Virus record (IMG/VR): IMGVR_UViG_3300024284_000007
Location: 1-64,000 of that record
Direction: 5' to 3' (one strand)
Length of the DNA: 64,000 nt
DNA from: a virus
Taxonomy: Duplodnaviria > Caudoviricetes
A model generated the notes under the pieces. That model was not told where the DNA came from. It made no database searches and was given only the letters and a program-made list of their open reading frames with translations. Below are positions 26,920 to 34,875 of the stretch, in pieces. Every line of letters starts with the position of its first letter. Position 1 is the stretch's first letter. Position numbers and translations under genes: made by a program.

Positions 26920-26975
26920 GGTTCTGTAGCTTAGCTGGTCTAAAGCACCGCCCTGTCAAGGCGGAGGTCAACGGG
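26920..26975 (+). pseudogene. Truncated tRNA-Asp(GTC): T-arm and 3' acceptor strand lost, directly upstream of an HNH gene
   Basis: Intact D-arm and CCGCC-CTGTCAA-GGCGG, then sequence diverges. Confidence 0.75.
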
Positions 26976-26991
26976 CTGATAAGATGACCGG

Positions 26992-27408
26992 GTGCCTTAC
27001 AGGGATCCTGATCGCCAGCGCGAGTATCAACGTCAGTGGGTAGCTAGTCGGCGTGCTGCATGGTTCAAGGATAAATCTTGCGTGATATGCGGGAGTGCCG
27101 AAGATTTGGAACTGGATCATCTTGATCCGGGCAAGAAAGTAAGCCATCGCATCTGGTCATGGTCAGCAACGCGACGCGAAGCTGAACTGCTTAAATGCAG
27201 GGTTCTTTGCGGTAGTCACCATAAAGAAAAATCTGCACTGGAGCATGCAAAAGGTATCGCGAACGGGACGGCGAAGCTAACTGAAGAGCAAGTCCGAGAA
27301 ATTCGTTCTTCAGGAATGGGTCACCGACCCGCCGCTAGGGTGTATGATGTAAATGAAAAAACCATCCGGTTGATCCGGAAGGGTAAAATCTGGGGTTCCG
27401 TGGTGTAA
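26992..27408 (+). CDS. HNH endonuclease (paralog 2) with C-terminal HTH-like tail
   Basis: CVICGS...LELDHLDP...ELLKCRVLC..HH, AKLTEEQVREIR; last codons overlap tRNA-Asp. Confidence 0.88.
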   Translation: MPYRDPDRQREYQRQWVASRRAAWFKDKSCVICGSAEDLELDHLDPGKKVSHRIWSWSATRREAELLKCRVLCGSHHKEKSALEHAKGIANGTAKLTEEQVREIRSSGMGHRPAARVYDVNEKTIRLIRKGKIWGSVV

Positions 27409-27466
27409 AGGTTAGCACACTACCCTGTCAAGGTAGAGGTGGGGGTTCGACTTCCCCTCGGTTCCG
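27394..27466 (+). tRNA. tRNA-Asp(GTC)
   Basis: CTACC-CTGTCAA-GGTAG; two U:U mismatches in the acceptor stem. Confidence 0.8.
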
Positions 27467-27568
27467 CTGGAGGCGTTCATGTGACGCTCATGTGGTACGA
27501 GATGCCGGAGACTGGCATCCTTCCCCGGGGGGTATCCTGGAGGGAGCTGGCGGATCACTGGCTGACCC

Positions 27569-27953
27569 ATGATCCGCTTCCGGAAAGAAGAGATGATGAT
27601 AAGCATGTGCGGGTCGAGTGTCCCGCTGTGGGAATTCCTGGCAGGGATACTGTGCGGACTGGTACTCTCGGTAACCCTGATACGCCTGTTCAAGCTGTAC
27701 GGGCTCCTGATCTGCCTGCTTATCATCATCGCGGGAGCTATCATTGTTAAGACAGCATTCATCAGGTACGGATGCTGACATGTCATTCGACGGGCAGGAC
27801 TATCCCTGGCTCCACCTGTGGATGCTGTCAGCAGTGCCGCTGGTGACATTCGCGGCAGGGGCGCTGTCCTGTAAGATCCTGGGGAAGTGGACCTGGCTGC
27901 TCATCGGGCTGGGAGTCCTGCTGCTGGTCATCCTGCGGGCAGCTGGAGGGTAG
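27569..27953 (+). CDS. Two small two-TM proteins (about 27569..27778 and 27780..27953)
   Basis: Strongly hydrophobic ORFs; starts uncertain. Confidence 0.55.
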
Positions 27954-28067
27954 ATGGCGATAAACAGGAAGTGCCTGGCATGCAGGTGGAACAGCCGCCT
28001 GCTGCGCTGCAGCTGCACCTACCGGTGCTCTGCGCTATGGTGCAAGGGCAGGGGAGTGAAAATATAG

Positions 28068-28140
28068 GGACGCTTAGCTCAGCGGTATGAGCGCTGCCCT
28101 GACACGGCAGAGGGCGGCGGTTCGATCCCGTCAGCGTTCA
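28068..28140 (+). tRNA. tRNA-Val(GAC)
   Basis: CTGCC-CTGACAC-GGCAG. Confidence 0.92.
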
Positions 28141-28143
28141 CTC

Positions 28144-28377
28144 GGCTGGAAGAAAAGGCTGCTAGCGAGCCGGATCTTCCCGCGCCGGGGATAGAGACCC
28201 GGCTCCGGCGGCAGACGTGCCGTGCGTTCCATGAGCACATGGGCAGCTGGACCAAGGGGATGAATGGTTCGACCGGGCTGCAAGACCGCATGCGGAACAG
28301 CCCGGGACCAGGGCTCGGTACCCTGCATCTCCACTGCCGGGGGTTAAGCGGCGCAAGCCTCAAACCCCCGGCGTCCA
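28144..28377 (+). ncRNA. Unassigned highly structured RNA between tRNA-Val and tRNA-Arg
   Basis: Nested perfect stems (CCGGGCTG/CAGCCCGG, GCCGGGGGTT/AACCCCCGGC, GCCGGA/TCCGGC, GGGGATG/CATCTCC) and a GCAA tetraloop. Confidence 0.55.
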
Positions 28378-28449
28378 GCCCCCATGGTGAAAGGGATATC
28401 ATGGGAGATTACGAATCTCCCGGTGCCTGTTCGAGTCAGGCTGGGGGTG
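28378..28449 (+). tRNA. tRNA-Arg(ACG)
   Basis: GGAGA-TTACGAA-TCTCC. Confidence 0.88.
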
Positions 28450-28463
28450 CGGAAAGGAAGAGA

Positions 28464-28670
28464 ATGAAGGCACTGAAGCCGCGTCCGGCAAAACGCGGGT
28501 ACGTCATCATCGGGGGACTGTCAGTACTGGCGGTGTGGGCATGCACGCAGGCTCTCCACGTCACTCCGCTGGTAGCCCTGGTCATCGTCGTCGCGGGCAT
28601 AATCCTGCTCGCGGGAGCATTCTCCCTGCGTTCCCGGGGAATTAACCGGGAGGTGAAACGCAGGAGATAA
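28464..28670 (+). CDS. Small two-TM protein
   Basis: MKALKPRPAKRGYVIIGGLSVLAVW...; RBS AAGGAAG. Confidence 0.55.
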   Translation: MKALKPRPAKRGYVIIGGLSVLAVWACTQALHVTPLVALVIVVAGIILLAGAFSLRSRGINREVKRRR

Positions 28671-28741
28671 GGGCGGCTCGTCCAATGGGAGGGCCTCTGC
28701 GTTACGAGCAGAAGACAAGGGTTCGATTCCTTTGCCGCCTA
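28671..28741 (+). tRNA. tRNA-Val(TAC)
   Basis: TCTGC-GTTACGA-GCAGA. Confidence 0.85.
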
Positions 28742-28742
28742 C

Positions 28743-28896
28743 GGGAATGAGAGAGGGTACGGCAGGGCTACTCAGGGAGTCCGGGTGCGTGCCATCCAGA
28801 GGAGTCCGAAGACGGCAGGACGGTTCCTGAGTCTGTCCTGCTTGCTTGACGGATCGCTCTCACCGAGCCCAGGGTCGTGGGCAGCTCTCATTCTCC
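28743..28896 (+). ncRNA. Unassigned structured RNA between tRNA-Val and tRNA-His
   Basis: Closing stem GAATGAGAG/CTCTCATTC and inner ACTCAGGGA/TTCCTGAGT, GTCC/GGAC, GGGTG/CATCC. Confidence 0.5.
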
Positions 28897-28898
28897 AT

Positions 28899-28973
28899 GG
28901 CGGATATAGCTCAATGGCAGAGCGCTGGCTTGTGGTGCCGGTAATCCGAGTTCAATCCTCGGTATTCGCCCCA
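28899..28973 (+). tRNA. tRNA-His(GTG)
   Basis: G-1:C73, loop TTGTGGT, encoded CCA. Confidence 0.92.
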
Positions 28974-29221
28974 CGCGATCATCCGGAAAGGGTATCATGA
29001 AGATATTCAGGCGCAGGAAGAAGCGCAGTCAGGTGAAATGCTTCATCTGCCATACTCGTACGCCCCCAGAGGGCGCAGCTGTCTGCGCGCACTGCCTGAA
29101 GCACAATATCAGGATGAGGAGTACGCAATGAGAAGTTATTATCCGGGTCAGCATAGCTGTCACTGACCCTGCCGGATCTTGCACTGGGATGCTTTGTGGT
29201 AAGGTATGATATAGTAAAACT

Positions 29222-29818
29222 ATGAACTATACCGCAGAGCAGATGCGAGAGTACCAGAACCGGAGGCGTGAAGCTCTTCGCGCCGAATTGCGCCTGTTGC
29301 TCGGCGGGAAATGTGCTCGTTGTGGCAAGACTGAGGATCTTGAATTTGATCATATAGATCCAAAAACAAAACTTTTCTCGATAGCAAATGGACTGGATAA
29401 GCCGCGTGCTGTTCTTTTGCAAGAAGTGGAAAAATGCCAGCTTCTTTGCACGCCTCACCATATCGAGAAAAACTCCGAAGATGGAACACGTGTCCGAGGA
29501 GAACGACAGTGGAAAGCAAAGCTCACTGTTGCCGATGTCCAGAGTATCAGGGCATCAACTCTTCATTATCGCGAACTGATGAAAATTTATGATATTACCA
29601 AGGCTCATGTATTCGCTATTCGCAGACGTGCGGCTTGGAAGCATGTAGACTTATCCTTGCCAGGGTACTCAAGCGGCCAACGAGATCTGACTGTAAATCA
29701 GATGGCATCGTCCTTCCTAGGTTCGACTCCTAGTCCTGGTACATGTATAACACAGCAAATAAATACGAATTCCCCAATAACACCGAAGTCTGGACCTATG
29801 AGATCATTGCCTATATGA
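29222..29818 (+). CDS. HNH endonuclease (paralog 3); domain ends at WKHVD, then TTA (29651-29653), and the ORF runs on through tRNA-Tyr
   Basis: LGGKCARCG...LEFDHIDP...EVEKCQLLC..HH, AKLTVADV..IR...WKHV. Confidence 0.85.
   Translation: MNYTAEQMREYQNRRREALRAELRLLLGGKCARCGKTEDLEFDHIDPKTKLFSIANGLDKPRAVLLQEVEKCQLLCTPHHIEKNSEDGTRVRGERQWKAKLTVADVQSIRASTLHYRELMKIYDITKAHVFAIRRRAAWKHVDLSLPGYSSGQRDLTVNQMASSFLGSTPSPGTCITQQINTNSPITPKSGPMRSLPI
29659..29741 (+). tRNA. tRNA-Tyr(GTA)
   Basis: TCTGA-CTGTAAA-TCAGA, variable arm. Confidence 0.92.
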
Positions 29819-29973
29819 TCACCGAAGGTAAGACTAGAGCTAGCGTCACTCTCGGATTCTATGGTGAATTGCGCGCTTCCGGAACTGGTGCAATCGTCGG
29901 GAAAGATGTTGGCGATACTGAGCAGCAGGTGATCCTCAAGCTTATCGGTACTGAGGATATCCAAAAGCTCTAA
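29743..29973 (+). CDS. Hypothetical low-GC protein
   Basis: 76-aa ORF. Confidence 0.5.
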   Translation: MYNTANKYEFPNNTEVWTYEIIAYMITEGKTRASVTLGFYGELRASGTGAIVGKDVGDTEQQVILKLIGTEDIQKL

Positions 29974-29985
29974 GGGGAACGTGCA

Positions 29986-30014
29986 GCAGGTTCGATTCCT
30001 GCATCCGGTACCCA
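29986..30014 (+). pseudogene. Orphan tRNA 3' half (T-arm plus acceptor strand)
   Basis: GCAGG TTCGATT CCTGC-ATCCGGT-A-CCCA with no D or anticodon arm upstream. Confidence 0.6.
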
Positions 30015-30299
30015 TTCGCCGATTAAGGACCGACATGAAGACCATTGCCATTCTCCCTTCCGAATGCCATACGATGATGCTCGGCATGCGGCTGTGCGTG
30101 GTATGCTGCCATGCATGCCGGAGGGGATTCCGGTGCGACTGCTGCAGGAGGATGAGAGAAGATGCTTAACGAGCTAGCCGCGACAGGGCATTCCGCCGGG
30201 TTCACTATCGGCGCGATAGTGCTCGGGGCGATCTGCGTCATCATCATCGTGGTGCTGCTGGTCATGACCCGCAAGCGGCGCGGGAAGAAATAAAGTAAT

Positions 30300-30369
30300 G
30301 CCCCCGGTAGCGGATTCTTCCACTGGGTTTCCGAAATCCGGATGCCGTGTTCGACTCACGGCGGGGGTG
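30300..30369 (+). tRNA. tRNA-Arg(CCG), degenerate D-arm
   Basis: GCCCCCG/CGGGGGT, loop TTCCGAA. Confidence 0.7.
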
Positions 30370-30375
30370 CTATGT

Positions 30376-30450
30376 GACGCTGTGGCGAAGATGGCATAAC
30401 GTGCACGTCTGCAAAACGTGTATTCGCGGGTTCGAGTCCCGCCAGCGTCT
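30376..30450 (+). tRNA. tRNA-Cys(GCA)
   Basis: CACGT-CTGCAAA-ACGTG, U73. Confidence 0.92.
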
Positions 30451-30471
30451 CTGATTTCCGGTCTGTTTCAA

Positions 30472-30546
30472 GCCCGAGTATCCCGCCTGTTTCCTAAACA
30501 GAGTCAGGGTAATGGACTGATGGGAGTTCGAGTCTCCTCTCGGGTA
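30472..30546 (+). tRNA. D-armless tRNA with CCT anticodon (nominal Arg) and a large variable-position hairpin
   Basis: GCCCGAG/CTCGGGT, A73; CTGT-TTCCTAA-ACAG; canonical T-arm. Confidence 0.6.
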
Positions 30547-30823
30547 CATGGCTGTCCCCTGGAGGATACGGGTATATTACTGCCCGAAGTGCTGGAAACC
30601 CGGGAGGAAGCCGGGAAAGTGCAAGAATTGCAGCGGAGGATGAGATGAGAAAGAAAGTTGCACGGCAGAGTGAGCGCCGCTCAAACCGCCCGGCGAAGCA
30701 CCTCCCGGAGAAAGGCGAGCGTGTCGTCGTCTGGGGGACCCGGGGCAGGTCAGTCCCGGAACGGGCAGCGTACATCATCATCCCGCTGCTGATCGTCGTC
30801 GTCGCGATCATCCTGCTCTCGCT

Positions 30824-31501
30824 GTGATGGCGGAAGAGGAGAAGAAGCTCAGCCCCCTCGCAGTGGGAGCGGCTGCCCTCGCGTCGGTGACCTCGATGGT
30901 CGTCGGGTCCCTGTTCGGGGACTCCGGCACGCTCCTCGGGGCGGCACTGTCCAGCGTGACCTGCTCCGTGGCGGGGTACCTGTATGAGGACAGAGCCCGC
31001 AGGGCTCACGCGAGGCTCAGGGCGCGGAAAGAACGGGGCAAGAGCGGGGAAGGTTACGCCGCCCGGCTGGAGGACATGCCGCTGGAACGCCATCTCCACG
31101 AGGACAGGGCGCACCGCATCCTGCACGGGTCCTGGGGGCTCAGCCGCCGGATCGGGGTAGCTGCCGGGCTCCTCGCGGTGATGGCGGGATCGTGCGTGGT
31201 GACGCTGACCGCGATCGAGAAGGCTACCGGGCAGACGTTTTCCTCCGATGTCCGCCACGTCACTTTCGGGGCTCCGGTCCAGTACGGCACCACCCTGGGC
31301 AGGCACGGCATCCAGAGCCCTTCTCCGGCTCCCTCTCCCACGGCGAGCCCGTCACAGCGGAGCACCTCTGAAAGTCCCTCAGCGACGCCTACGGCGTCTC
31401 CTGATGCCTCTCCGGACCAGAGCCCTTCCGTCTCTCCGGACGCATCCCCCGATTCATCCCCGGCGACGGAGACTCCCGTTCCTGCCGGATCGGGAATGTG
31501 A
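30824..31501 (+). CDS. Membrane protein with a Pro/Ser-rich C-terminal tail
   Basis: N-terminal TM hairpin, second TM, SPxP repeats. Confidence 0.7.
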   Translation: MMAEEEKKLSPLAVGAAALASVTSMVVGSLFGDSGTLLGAALSSVTCSVAGYLYEDRARRAHARLRARKERGKSGEGYAARLEDMPLERHLHEDRAHRILHGSWGLSRRIGVAAGLLAVMAGSCVVTLTAIEKATGQTFSSDVRHVTFGAPVQYGTTLGRHGIQSPSPAPSPTASPSQRSTSESPSATPTASPDASPDQSPSVSPDASPDSSPATETPVPAGSGM

Positions 31502-31513
31502 GAGGGTAAGGTC

Positions 31514-31954
31514 ATGGCTGACTGGGATGCCCGCTGGCTGGATCTCGCCGGGGAAGTGGCAAAATGGAGCAAGGACCGCTCTACCAAGGTCGGGTGCATC
31601 GTCGTCGGGGACGGGAAGCGGCTGCTGTGCTGCGGGTACAACGGCTTCCCCCGGGGGATTGATGATGATACCGCCGACCGTCATGAGCGCCCGCTGAAAT
31701 ACATGCTCACTGAGCATGCCGAGAGAAACGCCATCTACAATGCCGCCCGGGAGGGCGTGGATCTGCATAACTCGGTGATGTACAGCACCCTGTATCCCTG
31801 TGCCGACTGCGCTCGCGGCATCATCCAGTCAGGAATAGCGGAAGTGGTCACCCGTGAGCCGGACTGGAACCTCCCGATATGGGGCTTCAGCTTCACGGTT
31901 TCCCGGATCATGCTGCAAGAGGCGGGCGTTCATGTCCGTCTCGTCGCGCCTTAG
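31514..31954 (+). CDS. dCMP deaminase
   Basis: SKDRSTKVG, GYNGFPRG, HAERNAI, PCADC. Confidence 0.92.
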   Translation: MADWDARWLDLAGEVAKWSKDRSTKVGCIVVGDGKRLLCCGYNGFPRGIDDDTADRHERPLKYMLTEHAERNAIYNAAREGVDLHNSVMYSTLYPCADCARGIIQSGIAEVVTREPDWNLPIWGFSFTVSRIMLQEAGVHVRLVAP

Positions 31955-32285
31955 TGGTCTCGCAGGCGAGGAGGTTGAAGACGACGGCTGCCGCATGATC
32001 TTCATCTTCTTCCTCGCAGAGCCACTGCATCAGGTGACGGAACGCCGACCCCTTGAAGCGGGTTATCTCTTCCTCTCCTGATGCTTTCTCCCAGTTGCGT
32101 TCCCCGTACTTGACCGCACCCCGTGTCAGCAATGCAGCCAGCCTGGTCAGGAACTGCTCCTTGTAGGGGATTCCCTCCGGGAGGATCAGGTCGAATCTCG
32201 GTTTATCCCCGTTGATGTCCCGGACCATTCCCGAAGCGTATTCCTCGCGACGTCCGGAATCTTTCGTGATGTACTCGCGATTCAT
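31908..32285 (-). CDS. dATP/dGTP diphosphohydrolase domain protein (DUF5664-like)
   Basis: KDSG.R..YASGMVRD...KPRFDL, GAVKYGERNWEK, SAFRHL..W....DEDHAAA..FNL. Confidence 0.75.
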   Translation of the reverse strand: MNREYITKDSGRREEYASGMVRDINGDKPRFDLILPEGIPYKEQFLTRLAALLTRGAVKYGERNWEKASGEEEITRFKGSAFRHLMQWLCEEEDEDHAAAVVFNLLACETTKARRDGHERPPLAA

Positions 32286-32465
32286 GACTTCCAGTTCCCA
32301 GTCAGGTATGAAAGGCTGCCCTGCCGTCATCCGAAAACGATGCTCCATACCTGCAACCCGATGTAAAGACCTCCGGCGAGAATGCACAGCAGGCTCACCC
32401 TCCAGTCACGGGGGAGTTCCTTCCACGCCTGCCAGATGTACTCGAAATCCATGCCTCTCCAATGA

Positions 32466-32504
32466 GAAAAGGTGCCTCCCGTCTCCGGGAGGCATTTCCT
32501 TTTC
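32466..32504. terminator. Bidirectional terminator-like hairpin near the convergence of the two arms
   Basis: AAAAGGTGCCTCCC-GTCTCC-GGGAGGCATTTCCTTTT. Confidence 0.55.
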
Positions 32505-32508
32505 CGCT

Positions 32509-32793
32509 CTATGCGGTCAGCGCCTGTTCCAGGTCCTGGACCAGCTTGGCGATCAGCTGCTCCACATCTGCCTTGACGCCGGGTCCAGCTGCCCCGATCG
32601 CCTGCTCGACGTCGGATTTCGCAGCACTGGCGAGAGTCCTGACCCGCGCCTCGATGTCAGCGGCTTTCGCCTCCAGGACACTGATCTCCGTCCTGGCATC
32701 GGCGAGGGCGGATTCGACCGCTGTCCTGGCGTCTCCGGAGACCTCGGACCACAGCTTGCTCAGCTCGGCTTCGAGTCCTGAGAGAATGCTCAT
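32509..32793 (-). CDS. Hypothetical helical protein in the lysis region
   Basis: 94-aa amphipathic ORF. Confidence 0.6.
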   Translation of the reverse strand: MSILSGLEAELSKLWSEVSGDARTAVESALADARTEISVLEAKAADIEARVRTLASAAKSDVEQAIGAAGPGVKADVEQLIAKLVQDLEQALTA

Positions 32794-32931
32794 GATGTAA
32801 CTCCTATATTTCCTTGATGATGACGCTGGTGCGCTTGCAGTTCAGGCAGCGGATCCAGTTGCACTGACTGTTCTCGCAATGAGCCTGCGTTCTTCCCTCG
32901 TCACCGCAGTGCGGGCATTCCGGGGATTCTG

Positions 32932-33693
32932 TCATCCCCCGACCACCTTGCTCCAAGTATCCGGACCGCAGATCCCGTCGATAGCAAGCTTGTGCCGCCC
33001 CTGGAGCAGCCTGACGGCGTTGACGGTCATCGGGTCGTAGACACCAGTGAGGTTGCAGGGATAACCGTAGACGTAGTTGAGGATCGCCTGGAGCCTGCGG
33101 ACGTACCAGTGCGGCAGGTCCTTGTCTGCCATGCCCTTGCTCAGGACCGGGAGATCGTTCATGATCGCCTCCATTTCCGCCGGGGACAGGAATGCTCCTC
33201 CCGGGATGTCGCTGAAGAAATCCGGCAGCAGCAGGGACTCATCGAGATTGATCCCCCGGGACCTGTCGGTGAACTGGGTGCCGTCTGCGGAGATGTCCAT
33301 CTCCCGGCAGGTGTCCGGACCGCAGATGTGCGCCTGGTCCGTGTAATGCGCGCTCCACAGGCGCAGCAGGCTCCTCGGCACGCCCGCTGCCTTCATGTCG
33401 CTCAGCACTTCCCGCATCACCGAGGCGCTGGCGTACAGGCAAGGGCGCTTCAGCCCTCTCGCGAGCTGCCGGGAAACCCATCCCGCCGCCTGCGCGGGAG
33501 AAGCGTCGCCGGTCTCGATATCGAGGCAGTCCGCGTTATCCCTGGCGAATACCGCGATGGAAAGGACACTGGCATGAGGGAAGCGCGCCCGGATCTGGGC
33601 AGTATTGGCGAACCTGCCGTCAACATACCCGGCATAAGCGAATCCGCCAGGCGGGAGCAATGGCGTGTCCACCGTGTCGAACATGGTGATCAT
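32932..33693 (-). CDS. Endolysin: GH25-like glycoside hydrolase with C-terminal peptidoglycan-binding domain
   Basis: AYAGYVDG, DCLDIETGD, PCLYAS, WSAHYT, then VRRLQAILN...Q.RH.L.IDGICGP.TW. Confidence 0.82.
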   Translation of the reverse strand: MITMFDTVDTPLLPPGGFAYAGYVDGRFANTAQIRARFPHASVLSIAVFARDNADCLDIETGDASPAQAAGWVSRQLARGLKRPCLYASASVMREVLSDMKAAGVPRSLLRLWSAHYTDQAHICGPDTCREMDISADGTQFTDRSRGINLDESLLLPDFFSDIPGGAFLSPAEMEAIMNDLPVLSKGMADKDLPHWYVRRLQAILNYVYGYPCNLTGVYDPMTVNAVRLLQGRHKLAIDGICGPDTWSKVVGG

Positions 33694-33896
33694 GGCACCT
33701 CCTCTTCCGAGGGTAGCGATTCTTTTCCTGGCTGTCCATTGACCGCGCTGGCGTGAGCCCTGCTTTTCTCGTGCTCGGCGGTGATGTGCCTCTTCAGGCT
33801 GAAGTGATGCCACAGGAACATCAGGACGGTCCAGAAACTGATCGCGAACACGTTAGGCCACAGCTGAGCCCAGTCTTCCGCGATAAGCTTGAGCAT
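33690..33896 (-). CDS. Small TM protein (holin candidate)
   Basis: One TM; adjacent to the lysin gene. Confidence 0.5.
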   Translation of the reverse strand: MLKLIAEDWAQLWPNVFAISFWTVLMFLWHHFSLKRHITAEHEKSRAHASAVNGQPGKESLPSEEEVP

Positions 33897-34330
33897 GCTC
33901 ACGCCTCTTCTTCCTGCCATTGCGCAGCGCGCTCGTTAGCCCACGCGACACCGCACGGACCGCACATGCAGGTAAGCGCACACAATTCCGCGAAACGCCC
34001 GCAAGCGTGACAGTAGCCTTCTCTCACGGGTCACCTCGCAATTGCAGCCGGTACATCTATCATGCCACATTCCCGCCAGCGCCCGGATGGAAACCGCTTC
34101 ACTCTTCCCGTGCCACTCGATGCGGGATTCCTCTTCCAGGTACCCGGCGATCTCGCAGGGACGGCAGGTTACGGGACTCTGGGGTGTTCCGAAAGCCACC
34201 AGAACAAGATCCCGAACAGGAACAGGAACTGGTAGCCCCATACGCCGTGATGGACCGACCAGGCAAGGCAGATGATCGAGAGGATGAAGAAGACTCCGGC
34301 AATGACCCAGCTGATCTTCATGGTGCTCCT

Positions 34331-34869
34331 TTACGGATTGCAGTCACGGGGCTTGAACACGGTCTTCAGGTACGCCTCGAACAGGGCGACATTCTGCTTC
34401 TGCTGAGGCGTCTTCGGCGGTGAGGACAGTCCGATGATGTACTGCCACAGCTCGATCTGCTGGGCACGCGCCGTATTGCCCGACTCGCACAGGGCGCGCT
34501 GGTCCTGCTGCGCCACCTGCGCAATCTGGCTTGCCGTGCTGGCCACGCCGAACAGGAAGTACTCGCCGACCAGCGCGCTCGCCACCAGCAGGGCAATCGC
34601 CACGATTGCCAGCACCACCCGGGTCGCCGGACTCGCGTACAGGAAGTTCTTCATCGCTTGAGCCTGTCTTCCAGGACGGAAATGCGCGTCTCGTGATTGG
34701 CGTACATCGCCTTCATGTCGGAGACTTCCTTCGAGAGGTTCTGCACGGCGAGCGTGTTCTCCTCAGTGGCATTGACCTGCTTGAAGATGCCCCTGCCGAT
34801 GACGATGATCGCCGACAGCAAGACCACCAGCCCGCCGAGCCCGCCGATGGCGACCAGTGCGTTCAACAT
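34331..34869 (-). CDS. Two lysis-region membrane proteins (34651..34869 and 34331..34654)
   Basis: N-terminal TM plus coiled coil. Confidence 0.55.
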
Positions 34870-34875
34870 TTCTCC

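Noticed and set aside
26920-27466. Group I intron carrying HNH within tRNA-Asp
   Set aside because: The downstream copy is a complete tRNA with its own 5' half, and no group I core elements were recognisable.
28167-28211. Resemblance to group II intron domain V (GAGCCGGA...TCCGGC)
   Set aside because: No AC bulge, no domain VI or splice-site consensus, and no RT gene.
28144-28449. Possible tmRNA (structured region ending in a T-arm)
   Set aside because: The T-arm and acceptor belong to a complete tRNA-Arg(ACG); no G3:U70 tRNA-like domain or tag ORF was seen.
30472-30546. Reading as an amber suppressor or tRNA-Pyl (CTA in loop), implying stop-codon reassignment
   Set aside because: Stem pairing centres the loop on CCT; TAG, TGA and TAA all end conserved genes normally here.
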